Made by a program: the position numbers and the translations under genes. From the NCBI GenBank assembly GCA_963817235.1, contig CAWFNS010000006.1, positions 268,163 through 332,162 of the forward strand: 64,000 bases of DNA, written 5' to 3'. Below, one piece after another: positions 28,127 through 37,257 of the stretch (its first letter is position 1; each line of letters opens with the position of its first letter). A model generated the notes under the pieces. The model did not search any database, was not told the origin of the DNA, and saw only the letters and a list, made by a program, of their open reading frames with translations. This DNA comes from an uncultured Actinomycetes bacterium (GTDB lineage: Bacteria; Actinomycetota; UBA4738; HRBIN12).

Positions 28127-29354
28127 TCAGGCGCCGCCGGCGAGCTCGTGGAGGCGCCGCTCGAGGAAGCGCCGCTCCGCATCGTTCGTCGTGAGGTCGA
28201 GCGCACGCCGGTACGCGTCGGCCGCCTCGCGGGGCCGGGCGGCCCGGCGGAGCAGGTCGGCCCGGGCGGAGTGGAACAGGTGGTAGCGATCGAGATCGGC
28301 GGCCAGGGGCTCCAGTTGCCGCAGGCCGGCGTCCGGCCCATCGGCCATGGCGATCGCGACGGCCCGGTTCAGCTCCACGACCGGGGATGGGCCGAGCCCG
28401 GCCAGCTCCCCGTAGAGCCGGGCGATGGTCGGCCAGTCGGTGTCCTCGGGCCTCGGCGCCCGAGCGTGGCACGCGGCGATCCGCGCCTGGAGCAGGTACG
28501 GACCCTGCCGATGCCGCTCCTCGCGCTTCCAACACGCGGAGCCCTTCGTCGAGCATCGCCTGATCCCATCGCGAACGATCCTGATCCTCGAGGAGCACCA
28601 GATCGCCGACGGCATCGGTCCGTGCGGACCGGCGGGCGTGCTGCAGGAGCATCAACGCGAGCAGTCCCTCGACCTCGGGCTCGCCCGGGATCAAGCGGTC
28701 GACCAACCGGGTGAGCCGGATCGCCTCGTCGCAGAGCTCCGCGCGGAGCAGCTCCCCAACCGTTGCCGCGTACCCTTCGTTGAAGACGAGGTAGAGCACG
28801 GCGAGCACGCCGTCCAGACGCTCCGGCAGCACCTCTCGAGGCGGGATGCGGTACGGGATCGCCGCCTCCCGGATCTTCCGTTTCGCTCGGGTCAGCCGCT
28901 GGCCGAGCGTCGGCTCGGGGACCAGGAACGCGCGAGCGATCTCCCTGGTCGACAATCCGCCGACCGTTCGGAGCGTGAGCGCGACCTGGGCGTCGGTCGC
29001 GAGCGCGGGGTGGCAACACGTGAACAGCAGGCGGAGCCGGTCGTCCGGGATGTCGTGCACATCGTCTCCGAGGGCCTCGAGGGCGGCGAGCCGTGCGGCG
29101 TCGTCGGTCTTCTCGCGACCGACCCGGTCGCGCCGCAGCCGGTCGATCGCCCGGTTCTTGGCCGTGGTGGTGATCCAGGCGCCGGGGTTCTCCGGGATGC
29201 CCCTCGTCGGCCACACGTGCAGCGCGGTCTCGAAGGCCTCCTGGACGGCTTCCTCGGCGAGATCGAAATCGCCGGTGATGCGGATCAACGCCGCGACCGC
29301 CCGACCCGCCTCCTCGCGGAAGACCCGGTCGACGGCCGCGGCCGCGTCGGTCAT
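28127..29354 (-). CDS. ECF sigma factor with long C-terminal TPR-like extension (ECF42-type); 1 frame break (~28520)
   Basis: Sigma2/sigma4 regions (PGAWITTTAKNRAIDRLRR.., LSTREIARAFLVPEPTLGQRLTRAKRKI) in ORF 28092..29354. The extension HRQGPYLLQARIAACHARAP..DTDWPTIARLYGEL..VELNRAVAIAM..YHLFHSARADLLRR is in ORF 28127..28615. ATG overlaps the YciI stop (ATGA). Confidence 0.8.
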
Positions 29355-29701
29355 CCCTCGTCGACGATGGGGCGGATCTCGATCGAGCCGCCGTGGACGG
29401 CCGGGATCTTCCCGGCGAGCTCGATCGCCGTGTCCAGGTCGTCGACGTCGACGATGAAGTACCCGCCCAGCTGCTCCTTCGTCTCAGCGAACGGCCCGTC
29501 GGTGACCAGCATCTTCCCGTCGCGCTCCTGGACCGTGGTCGCGCTGGTCACCGATGCCAGTTCGTCGCCGCCGCGCCCGATGCCGCGCTCGGTGAGCTCG
29601 TTCGCGAACTTCTCGTACTCGGCGTACATCGCGTGGCGGTCGTCGTCCGGCATCGCGCTCCGCGCCGCCTCGTCGCCGTAGATCAGCAGGATGTAGCGCA
29701 T
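29351..29701 (-). CDS. YciI/DGPF family protein
   Basis: ATG 29701 after GGAGGG; MRYILLIYGDEAA..VTDGPFAETKEQLGGYFIVDVDDLDTAIELA. The track ORF start at 29746 is too early. Confidence 0.85.
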   Translation of the reverse strand: MRYILLIYGDEAARSAMPDDDRHAMYAEYEKFANELTERGIGRGGDELASVTSATTVQERDGKMLVTDGPFAETKEQLGGYFIVDVDDLDTAIELAGKIPAVHGGSIEIRPIVDEG

Positions 29702-29733
29702 GGTCCCTCCTCGCTGGAGCGGGGCGGCCCGGT

Positions 29734-29767
29734 GCCGCCCGTCCACCCTAGACGACGAACGGGCGGC
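29734..29767. promoter_or_regulatory. 9-bp perfect inverted repeat with 16-nt spacer upstream of the YciI-ECF42 operon
   Basis: GCCGCCCGT (29734-29742) ... ACGGGCGGC (29759-29767); 33-66 nt upstream of the yciI ATG on the minus strand. Confidence 0.35.
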
Positions 29768-29853
29768 TCGGATCGCGACGCGGGCTGCCGCCGAGTTCGG
29801 CTAGCCTGGACGGTGAAGCGCTCATCCCAACCACCGAGGAGGTCCGTCCCACG

Positions 29854-30036
29854 ATGACCCGCGACACCGACTGGCACGTGTTCGACAAGGCATGCGACAT
29901 CACGGCGATGGCCGCGCGCGGCTCGGCGGCGACGATCGCGCCCGCGCAGGTGGCCGACATCTTCCGCGAGGTCCATCGAGCCTTGAGTGAGACCGCGGAG
30001 GCGATGCTCGGCGCCGACAACCGCGCCGGCTTCTAG
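29854..30036 (+). CDS. Small hypothetical protein (60 aa)
   Basis: ATG preceded by GAGGAGG at 9 nt; GC3-rich codons; balanced composition (MTRDTDWHVFDKACDITAMAARGS..), unlike the R/P/G-rich spurious ORFs. No family recognised. Confidence 0.5.
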   Translation: MTRDTDWHVFDKACDITAMAARGSAATIAPAQVADIFREVHRALSETAEAMLGADNRAGF

Positions 30037-30053
30037 GCGGCGCTCCCCTCGCG

Positions 30054-30953
30054 ATGTCCGGTGTCGAGCGACACCCGACGTCCCGCGAGCTCGCCGCGAT
30101 CCGCGCCTGGTACCGGCCCCGCCGCCGCGCCTATCCGTGGCGCCGGGCCCACCCCGATCCGTACGCGGTGCTCGTGTCCGAGGTCATGCTCCAACAGACG
30201 CAGGCGCCGCGCGTCGCGCCCGTGTTCGAACGGTTCCTCGCACGGTTCCCGGACGTGGGGACCCTCGCGCGCGCGTCGCGCCCCGACGTGATCCGCGCCT
30301 GGGCGGGCCTCGGCTACAACCGCCGGGCCGTCGCCCTGCACGCCTCGGCGATCGCGATCGAGCGCGAGCACCACGGCGAGGTCCCTCGAACGGTGGACGC
30401 GTTACGGACGTTGCCCGGCGTCGGGCCCTACACGGCCGGCGCCGTCGCGTCGATCGCGTTCGGCGCGGCGGTTCCGGCGCCCGACGTGAACGTTCGGCGC
30501 GTCGTGGCGCGCGTCCTCCACGGGCGCGAACCGCAGGAACTCGCGGCAGCAGACCTGGCCGCCGCTGCGGCGGCGTTCCTCGACCGGGAGGACCCGGGCG
30601 GGTGGAACCAGGCGTTGATGGACGTCGGTCGCGAGCTGTGTCGGCCGTCGCCGCGCTGCGAGGCGTGTCCGCTCCGTCGCGGGTGCCGGTTCCGCGCCGC
30701 CGGCCGCCTGGGCGCCCCGCCCGCCCGCCCCCTGGGCGCCCCGCCCGCCCGCCGGCAGGCTCCGTTCGAAGGCTCCGCCCGGCAGGTGCGCGGCCGGATC
30801 GTCGCCGCGCTGCGGGATCGACCGAGCGCCACCCTCACGACCCTCGTGACCGCGGCCGACGTGGCCGAGCTGCGCGTGCTCGCCGCGATCGACGGTCTCG
30901 TGCGCGACGGCATCGTGCAGCGAACGGGCCGGGGGTACCGGCTGCACGCGTGA
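30054..30953 (+). CDS. mutY: A/G-specific adenine DNA glycosylase (MutY, HhH-GPD with 4Fe-4S loop)
   Basis: YPWRR..DPYAVLVSEVMLQQTQA..WAGLGYNRRA..LPGVGPYTAGAV..CRPSPRCEACPLRRGC. Contains an in-frame 24-bp duplication. Confidence 0.85.
   Translation: MSGVERHPTSRELAAIRAWYRPRRRAYPWRRAHPDPYAVLVSEVMLQQTQAPRVAPVFERFLARFPDVGTLARASRPDVIRAWAGLGYNRRAVALHASAIAIEREHHGEVPRTVDALRTLPGVGPYTAGAVASIAFGAAVPAPDVNVRRVVARVLHGREPQELAAADLAAAAAAFLDREDPGGWNQALMDVGRELCRPSPRCEACPLRRGCRFRAAGRLGAPPARPLGAPPARRQAPFEGSARQVRGRIVAALRDRPSATLTTLVTAADVAELRVLAAIDGLVRDGIVQRTGRGYRLHA
30708..30755 (+). repeat. Tandem 24-bp duplication inside mutY (LGAPPARP-LGAPPARR)
   Basis: ctgggcgccccgcccgcccgcccc followed by ctgggcgccccgcccgcccgccgg; identical except for the last 2 nt; in frame. 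Confidence 0.85.
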
Positions 30954-31016
30954 GCGCGCCGCCGCGCCGCGCGCTTCGGTAGCCTGACCGCACCGCACGA
31001 CCCGGAGGAACCCGCG

Positions 31017-31868
31017 TTGAGCAGCCCGGATGCAGAGCACCCCGTCTCGAGCGCCGCCTCCGCGCTCGAGCGCGAGCTCTACTGGGCCGGTCCCCCGGTC
31101 CCGGACGGCACCCCCGCGGCCGGCGTCACCGCGGACTCGCTCATCTCCCAGCGGTGGTACGAGCTCGAGAACACGCTCCTGTGGGAGTACACGCAGCGGT
31201 ACCCCGAGGGCGAGGACGTCCTCCAGGTCGGCAGCCGGCCGAAGCGCTGGATCAAGCGCGTGCTCTTCCGCGTCATCCGGCCGCTCGTCCGTCGGTACGA
31301 CCGCGTCGGCGCCGACATCGCGCACCTGGGTTTCGAGACCGCCCAGCGGCAGGCCGGCGACGCCCGCGAGCTCGAAGCCCTCCGCGGGGAGCTCGAGTTG
31401 CTGACGCGGGAGGTGCACGCGCTCCGCGAGCGGCTGTGGCCCGCGCCCGCTCCCGGCGCCCAGCCGATCGAGCCGTCGGGCGAGGTCGTCGTGGACCTCG
31501 CGGCCGAACACGCGACGGATCTCGACGTGCTGCCCTGGGGATGGGACGACGACGCGGTCGACACGATCGTCGCCGTCGACGTGCTCGGCGACGTGCGCCT
31601 CGACGTGGCGCGGTGGCTCGACGAGTGCTGGCGGATGCTGCGCCCCGGCGGGCTGTTGATCATGCGGCTGCCGGCGTGGAACAACCCGTTGTCCTATCGC
31701 GATCCGACCAGGTCGCGCGTCTTCCACGAGGAGACGTTCTCTCCCTGGGATCCCGACAGCGAGCTGCACGGGCGGCTGCGCCTCGAGGCGACCGGCCGCT
31801 GGTGGACGGTCCGTCAGGTGCTGCGGGACGAGGACGATCTCCGGTTCGTGTTGGAGAAGCGGGCCTGA
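31017..31868 (+). CDS. Hypothetical protein with coiled-coil segment and methyltransferase-like C-terminal region
   Basis: TTG start ORF, 283 aa. ARELEALRGELELLTREVHALRERL, then DDAVDTIVAVDVLGDV..WLDECWRMLRPGGLLIMRLP resembles the post-motif-I part of class I methyltransferases, but no clear GxGxG. Confidence 0.55.
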   Translation: MSSPDAEHPVSSAASALERELYWAGPPVPDGTPAAGVTADSLISQRWYELENTLLWEYTQRYPEGEDVLQVGSRPKRWIKRVLFRVIRPLVRRYDRVGADIAHLGFETAQRQAGDARELEALRGELELLTREVHALRERLWPAPAPGAQPIEPSGEVVVDLAAEHATDLDVLPWGWDDDAVDTIVAVDVLGDVRLDVARWLDECWRMLRPGGLLIMRLPAWNNPLSYRDPTRSRVFHEETFSPWDPDSELHGRLRLEATGRWWTVRQVLRDEDDLRFVLEKRA

Positions 31869-32914
31869 TGCGCATCGCCGTGTGCCATCCGCAGCCGCCG
31901 TTCATGAGCGGGGGCGCCGAATCGCACGCCGGCGCCCTCGTCGCCGCGCTGCGTGACGCCGGGCACCAGGCGGAGCTCGTGACGATGCCGTTCAAGTGGT
32001 ATCCGCCGGAGGAGCTCGTCCACCAGATGGGCATGTGGCGGAGCGTCGACCTCACGGAGTCGAACGGTGAGCCGATCGATCTGGTGATCGCGCTGAAGTT
32101 CCCGGCGTACCTCGTCCGTCATCCCAACAAGATCGTGTGGCTGATCCACCAGCACCGCACGGCCTACGAGCTGTGGTCGCACCCGCGCTTCGGTGACATC
32201 TCGCGCTATCCCGACGGCGCCGCCGTCCGGGAGCTCATCGTCTCGGCGGACCGGCTGGCGCTGCGCGAAGCGCGCCGGATCTTCACGAACTCCGAGAACG
32301 TCAACGGTCGCCTGGAGCGATCGATCGGCCTGCGAGGCGAGGTGCTCTACCATCGCTCGGCGCTGGCCGACCGGCTCCTCGGGGGCGAGACGAGGCCGCC
32401 CGGCGACTACATCCTGTATCCCAGCCGGTTCGACAGGTTGAAGCGGCAGTCGCTCGCGGTGGAGGCGATGGCGTCGGTCTCCTCCGACGTGCGGCTGGTC
32501 CTCGTCGGCTCCGGCGCCGAACGTGACCACCTGGCCAAGCAGATCGCGGAGGCGGGGCTCGGCGGCCGCGTGGAGATCCGCGAGTCGATCCCGGACGAGG
32601 AGCTGATCGATCTGTACCTCGGCGCGCTCGCGGTCTACTTCGGGCCCTTCGACGAGGACTACGGCTACATCGCGATCGAGGGGATGGCGGCCGCCCGCGC
32701 CGTGATCGTCACGAACGACGCCGGCGGCCCGCTCGAGTTCGTGCGCCCGGACGAGACCGGCATCGTCGTCGAGCCGGAGCCCGCCGCGATCGCCGCGTCG
32801 TTCGACCGGCTGGCGGCGGACCCGGCGCTCGCTCGATCGCTCGGCGCGGCCGGCCGTGACGCCGCAGCCCAGATCCCCGACTGGAGCGGCGTCGTGCGCA
32901 GGCTGCTCGGCTGA
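31868..32914 (+). CDS. Glycosyltransferase family 4 (GT-B)
   Basis: ATG 31868 overlaps upstream stop (TGATG). MRIAVCHPQPPFMSGGAESHAGAL.., C-terminal ..FGPFDEDYGYIAIEGMAAARAVIVTNDAGGPLEFV (E-x7-E type motif). Confidence 0.8.
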   Translation: MRIAVCHPQPPFMSGGAESHAGALVAALRDAGHQAELVTMPFKWYPPEELVHQMGMWRSVDLTESNGEPIDLVIALKFPAYLVRHPNKIVWLIHQHRTAYELWSHPRFGDISRYPDGAAVRELIVSADRLALREARRIFTNSENVNGRLERSIGLRGEVLYHRSALADRLLGGETRPPGDYILYPSRFDRLKRQSLAVEAMASVSSDVRLVLVGSGAERDHLAKQIAEAGLGGRVEIRESIPDEELIDLYLGALAVYFGPFDEDYGYIAIEGMAAARAVIVTNDAGGPLEFVRPDETGIVVEPEPAAIAASFDRLAADPALARSLGAAGRDAAAQIPDWSGVVRRLLG

Positions 32915-32915
32915 C

Positions 32916-34175
32916 ATGGCGTCGATCGCGTTCCTCTCGCCGATGCCGCCGGCGCCACCGGCATCGCCACGTACTCGGCGGCCGTCCTCGACGGCATGCG
33001 CCAGGCGGGTCTGCTCGAGCGGCACGACGTCCGCCCGATGTGGCCGCTGACGTCCGACGCCGAGGAGCGGGTCGCGGCGGCCGACGTCGCCGTGTACCAG
33101 CTCGGCAACAACGTCGAGTTCCACGGCGAGATCTACCGGCTCTCGGTGTGGCATCCGGGGGTCGCGGTCCTGCACGACCTGGCGCTCGACGGCCTGATGT
33201 ACGGCCTGGGGGTCGCACGGAGCCCGCTCGCCGAACCGGCGCGGTCGGAGGCGATCGCGGCGGCCCCGCCGGGCGAGAACCTCGACTATCCGCTCGGCGT
33301 CCCGTGGTGCGCACAGGCGGTGCGCCGCGCGCGGGCCGTGATCGTGCACTCCCGGTTCGCGGCGTCGTACCTCGAACGCATCGGGTGCAAGACGCCGATC
33401 ACGATCGCCCCGCATCCGCTCGTCGAGGCCGACGACGAGATCGACCGCGCGCGGGCGCGCGGCGCGGCGTTCAGGGCGCGCGTGGCCGGCGACGGCGCGG
33501 TCGTCGTCGGGATCGCCGGGGACCTCAACGCGAGCAAGGGGATCGCCGAGCTGCTCGACGCGGTCGGGCGGGTCACGAGCGATCTTCGCGTGTTGCTGGT
33601 CGGGCGCTCGAGCCCGCATTGGGATCTCCGATCGGTGCTGCGGCACAGCGGCGTCGCCGATCGGGTGACCGTCGTGCCCGAACGCGTCGGACGAGGATTT
33701 CCTCGCGTGGCTCTCGGCGTTCGACGTCCTGGTGAACCTGCGGAACCCGCACCGGGGCGAGACGAGCGGATCGCTCGTGCGGGCCCTGCACGTCGGTGTT
33801 CCGACCGTCGTGAGCGCCGTCGGCACGTACCTCGAGGTCCCCGACGACGTCGTCGCCCGGATCCCCCCCGGCCCTCCCGATCCGGCGGCGCTCGCGGATG
33901 TGCTCGAGCGACTGGCGAGCGACCCCGGCGAGCGCGAGGCGATGGGGGAGCGGGCACGCGCGTACGCGCGCGTCGCGTTCGCGCCGAGCGCCACCGCCGC
34001 CGCGTACGCCGAGGCGATCGACGGCGTGCTCGCGCTCCGGGCCGATCCCACCCGGGCCGCGCTCGCCCGCTGGGCCGCCGCGCTCCAGGCGGAGGGCGTT
34101 CGCCCCCGGGATGTCCGGCGTGGCTCGGGCCTGCGCTACGCGGAGGCGCTCGCCGAGATCGCCGGATCCGGCTGA
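32916..34175 (+). CDS. Second GT-B glycosyltransferase (GT4-like); 2 frame breaks (~32957, ~33690)
   Basis: MASIAFLSPMPPAP (ORF 32856..33050), then TGIATYSAAVLDGMRQAGLL..VYQLGNNVEFHGEIY..IAGDLNASKGIAELL (ORF 32996..35170), then DEDFLAWLSAFDVLVNLRNPHRGETSGSLVRALHVGVPTVV.. (ORF 33732..34175). Confidence 0.7.
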
Positions 34176-34199
34176 CGCCCCGTCGGCGGCCACCCTGTC

Positions 34200-34228
34200 T
34201 TGACCCGATCCGGAGCGGCGGGTACCCT
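34200..34228 (+). promoter_or_regulatory. Candidate sigma-70-type promoter for znuA operon (TTGACC-N17-TACCCT)
   Basis: Hexamers read directly; -10 ends 12 nt before znuA ATG, followed by an unusually AT-rich patch. Pattern match only. Confidence 0.3.
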
Positions 34229-34240
34229 TCTTGGATAGTT

Positions 34241-35170
34241 ATGGGACTCATTCTCATTCTAAAGAACAGGGCCATCGTCGCATCCGCCGGCGTGGCGTTG
34301 TGCCTCGTCGCGGCGGCGTGCTCGCGAACGGCGAGCGCGACCCCGCCCGGAACCGTGTCGGTGGTGGCGAGCTTCTACCCGCTGGCCGAGGCCGCGAAGC
34401 AGGTCGGCGGCGACCACGTCCAGGTCACGAACCTGACCGCACCCGGGGTCGAGCCCCACGACCTCGAGTTGAAGCCGAGCCAGCTCGAGGCGATCTCGAC
34501 CGCCGACGTGATCCTGTACCTCGGAGGTGGGTTCCAGCCGGCGGTCGAGGACGCGATCCGTGATGCGGAGGGCCAGACGGTCGATGTCTCTGCGGATCTC
34601 CGGACGCTGCCGGTTCCGGGGGGAGGGTCCGAGCCGAGCCTGACGGCGGATCCGCACGTCTGGCTCGACCCCGTCCTGTATGGGCAGGTCGTCCAGCGGG
34701 TGGAGGAGGCGCTCGCGGCCGCGTCGCCCCAGAACGCGTCGGCGTTCGCCGGGAACGCCGCTTCGTTCGGTTCGAAACTCGGATCCCTCGACGCGGAGTA
34801 CCGGACCGGGCTCGCCCATTGTGCGCGCAACGTGATCGTGACGAGCCATGCCGCCTTCGGCTACCTCTCCCGACGCTACGGTCTGCAGCAGGAGCCGATC
34901 TCGGGGCTCTCGCCCGACGCGGAGCCGACCCCGCAGCACCTCGCCGATCTCAAGGCCCTCGTCGAGCGCGACGGGGTGACGACGATCTTCACCGAGGAGC
35001 TCGTGTCGCCCAAGGTGGCGCAGACCCTCGCCGACGAGACCGGCGCCACCACCGCGGTCCTGAACCCGCTCGAGAGCCTGACCCCGGACCAGATGTCGGC
35101 AGGAGATGATTACGTGTCCGTGATGAGGGGGAACCTCACCGAACTGCGAGCGGCCCTTGGCTGCACCTGA
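34241..35170 (+). CDS. znuA: Metal (zinc/manganese) ABC transporter substrate-binding lipoprotein, ZnuA/TroA family
   Basis: MGLILILKNRAIVASAGVALCLVAAAC (lipobox), VVASFYPLAEAAKQVGGD..VEPHDLELKP..DPHVWLDP..; in frame within track ORF 32996..35170. Confidence 0.85.
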   Translation: MGLILILKNRAIVASAGVALCLVAAACSRTASATPPGTVSVVASFYPLAEAAKQVGGDHVQVTNLTAPGVEPHDLELKPSQLEAISTADVILYLGGGFQPAVEDAIRDAEGQTVDVSADLRTLPVPGGGSEPSLTADPHVWLDPVLYGQVVQRVEEALAAASPQNASAFAGNAASFGSKLGSLDAEYRTGLAHCARNVIVTSHAAFGYLSRRYGLQQEPISGLSPDAEPTPQHLADLKALVERDGVTTIFTEELVSPKVAQTLADETGATTAVLNPLESLTPDQMSAGDDYVSVMRGNLTELRAALGCT

Positions 35171-35945
35171 ATCGCTGCGCACCTCACCGACATCGGGAGC
35201 TCCCTTCCTGCTCGAGGCCGCCGGCGTCCGGTTCGGGTACGGGCGGGATCCCGTGCTCCTGGACGTGAGCCTCCGCGTCGCGCGGGGGGAGTTCGTCGCA
35301 CTCGTCGGCCCGAACGGCTCGGGGAAATCGACGCTGTTGAAGATCCTGCTGGGAGCGCTCACGCCGGACGAGGGGTCGGTGCGGCTGTTCGGCGCCGATC
35401 CGCGCCGGTTCGACCAGCGCTGGCGGTTGGGCTACGTGCCGCAGCGCCCGTCGCTCGCCTCGGAGGTGCCGGCGACGGTCGAGGAGATCGTCACGTCCGG
35501 TCGGCTGTCGCGCAGCGGCTGGTGGCGTCCACTCCGCCACGTCGACACCGACGCGGTCCGCCATGCGATCCAGTCCGTCGGCTTGGAGCCGCTCGCCGCC
35601 AGGCCCGTCGGCGCGCTCTCCGGCGGACAGCAGCAGCGCGCGTTCATCGCACGTGCGTTCGCGAGCGAGCCCGACCTGCTCGTCCTCGACGAGCCGGTCG
35701 CCGGCGTGGACGCCGAGTCCCAGCACCGGTTCAGCGATTCGTTGACGCACCTGATCGCCGAGCACGACGCGGGGGTCCTGCTCGTTTCCCACGAGCTCTC
35801 CGCGGTCGCCGGCGAGGTCGACCGGGTGATCGTCCTGAAGGGCCGGATCCTGTTCGACGGAACGCCGTCGGATCTGACCCGCGAGGGGGTCTCGCTCGGC
35901 ATCCACCGCGAGGATCTGCCGCTCTGGCTGGAAGGTCTCGGATGA
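35157..35945 (+). CDS. znuC: Metal ABC transporter ATP-binding protein
   Basis: GPNGSGKSTLLK (Walker A), LSGGQQQRAFIARA, LLVLDEP (Walker B). Exact start uncertain (TTG 35157 per track). Confidence 0.85.
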   Translation: MAAPESLRTSPTSGAPFLLEAAGVRFGYGRDPVLLDVSLRVARGEFVALVGPNGSGKSTLLKILLGALTPDEGSVRLFGADPRRFDQRWRLGYVPQRPSLASEVPATVEEIVTSGRLSRSGWWRPLRHVDTDAVRHAIQSVGLEPLAARPVGALSGGQQQRAFIARAFASEPDLLVLDEPVAGVDAESQHRFSDSLTHLIAEHDAGVLLVSHELSAVAGEVDRVIVLKGRILFDGTPSDLTREGVSLGIHREDLPLWLEGLG

Positions 35946-36787
35946 TCGCGCTGGGGCTGCCGTATCCGTTCGCGCTCCCGTTCATGCAGCGCGCGCTCGC
36001 CGCGGGCGTCATCGTCGGCGTGTTCGCGCCGATGATCGGCATCTTCCTCGTGCAGAAGCGACTGTCGCTGATCGGCGACGGGATCGGCCACGTCGCGTTC
36101 GCCGGCGTCGGCGCGGGCCTGCTCCTGGGCGTCGACCCGGTCCTGGCCGCGCTCGTGTTCGCCGTGGTCGGCGCGCTCGGCGTCGATCGCCTCCGCGCTC
36201 GCCGCAAGGCTTCGGGCGACGTCGCGCTCGCGCTCTTCTTCTATTCGGGCATCGCCCTCGGGGTCGTGTTCGCGAGCCTCGGGGGCGGCTTGAACGCGAA
36301 CATCCTGACGTATCTGTTCGGCCAGCCGCTCACGGTGACCCGCTCGGAGATCGGGTGGATCCTCGTGCTCGGTTCGGCCATCGCGATCACGATGTGGGCG
36401 CTGCGGAACGTCCTGTTCGCGGTCGTCACCGACGAGGATTGGTCGCGCGTGGCCGGTCTGCCCGTCGGGATGGTGAACGGGCTGCTCGCGGTGTTGACCG
36501 CCGTCGCCGTCGTCGCCGCGATGCGGGTCGTCGGCATCCTGCTCGTCGCGGCGCTCATGGTGCTGCCCGTCGCCTCCGCGCAGCTGCTCGCCCGCTCGTT
36601 CCGAGCAACGCTGTTGCTGTCCATCGCCGTGGGCGTCGGCTCCGTCGTGGCCGGACTGGCGGCCTCGTACATCTTCGACATCGCGCCGAGCGGCGCGATG
36701 GTCCTGGCCGCGGCCGCGGTGTTCGCGATCGTGTCGATCGGGAAGCACGCGGCACCGCGCACGCTGCGGCAGGAGGAGCACGCATGA
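35942..36787 (+). CDS. znuB: Metal ABC transporter permease
   Basis: ATG 35942 overlaps znuC stop (ATGA). MIALGLPYPFALPFMQRALAAGVIVG..SLIGDGIGHVAFAGV.. Typical ABC-3 permease. Confidence 0.85.
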   Translation: MIALGLPYPFALPFMQRALAAGVIVGVFAPMIGIFLVQKRLSLIGDGIGHVAFAGVGAGLLLGVDPVLAALVFAVVGALGVDRLRARRKASGDVALALFFYSGIALGVVFASLGGGLNANILTYLFGQPLTVTRSEIGWILVLGSAIAITMWALRNVLFAVVTDEDWSRVAGLPVGMVNGLLAVLTAVAVVAAMRVVGILLVAALMVLPVASAQLLARSFRATLLLSIAVGVGSVVAGLAASYIFDIAPSGAMVLAAAAVFAIVSIGKHAAPRTLRQEEHA

Positions 36788-37257
36788 GCGACGCCGCCCG
36801 GTCGATCCACGATGAGGCCGCGGTGCGATTGCACGGTGCGGGGCAGCGCTACACGGACCAGCGACGCCGCCTGATCGAGATCCTGTCCCGCGCCGGGAGC
36901 CCGATGTCCATCCCCGAGATCCTGCGCGGTCGCCGAGGCTTGCCGCAGAGCACCGTGTACCGGAACCTGTCGGACCTCGAGACGGCCGGGGTGGTCCGGC
37001 GGATCGTGACCGACGAGGAGTTCGGCCGCTACGAGCTGACCGAAGAGCTCACCGGGCATCACCATCATCTGTTCTGCGCGGTGTGCGGGCGCACCTCCGA
37101 TGTGCGGCTCGGGCCACAGCTCGAAGAGCAGCTGGATGCGGCGCTCGACACGATCGCGGGCGAGGCGGGCTTCGCCGACGTCCGGCATCGGCTCGATCTG
37201 ATCGGGACCTGCGCGGACTGCGCACGGTCGCTCGCGCCGAGGGACGAACGCGCGTGA
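36784..37257 (+). CDS. zur: Fur family transcriptional regulator, Zur-like
   Basis: ATG 36784 overlaps znuB stop (ATGA). ..RYTDQRRRLIEILSRAGSPMSIPEI..STVYRNLSDLETAGVV..HHHHLFCAVCG..CADC. Context with znuACB. Confidence 0.8.
   Translation: MSDAARSIHDEAAVRLHGAGQRYTDQRRRLIEILSRAGSPMSIPEILRGRRGLPQSTVYRNLSDLETAGVVRRIVTDEEFGRYELTEELTGHHHHLFCAVCGRTSDVRLGPQLEEQLDAALDTIAGEAGFADVRHRLDLIGTCADCARSLAPRDERA

Noticed and set aside
29770-29810. ECF-type promoter (GAAC ... CGTC) upstream of the yciI-sigma operon
   Set aside because: The only GAAC/CGTC pair I found has a 14-nt spacer, which is shorter than usual for ECF promoters, and I cannot recall the ECF42 consensus reliably. This is not enough to report as a feature.
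30700-30760. CRISPR-like or other arrayed repeats in GC-rich tracts (ccgcccgccc-type sequences)
   Set aside because: Only two adjacent units are present, with no spacers, inside a coding gene. No cas genes and no other periodic repeat array were seen in the window.
30953-30975. Terminator hairpin after mutY (AGCGCGC-9 nt-GCGCGCT)
   Set aside because: The 7-bp stem made of alternating GC is expected by chance in this composition. It overlaps the stop codon and lacks a U-tract.
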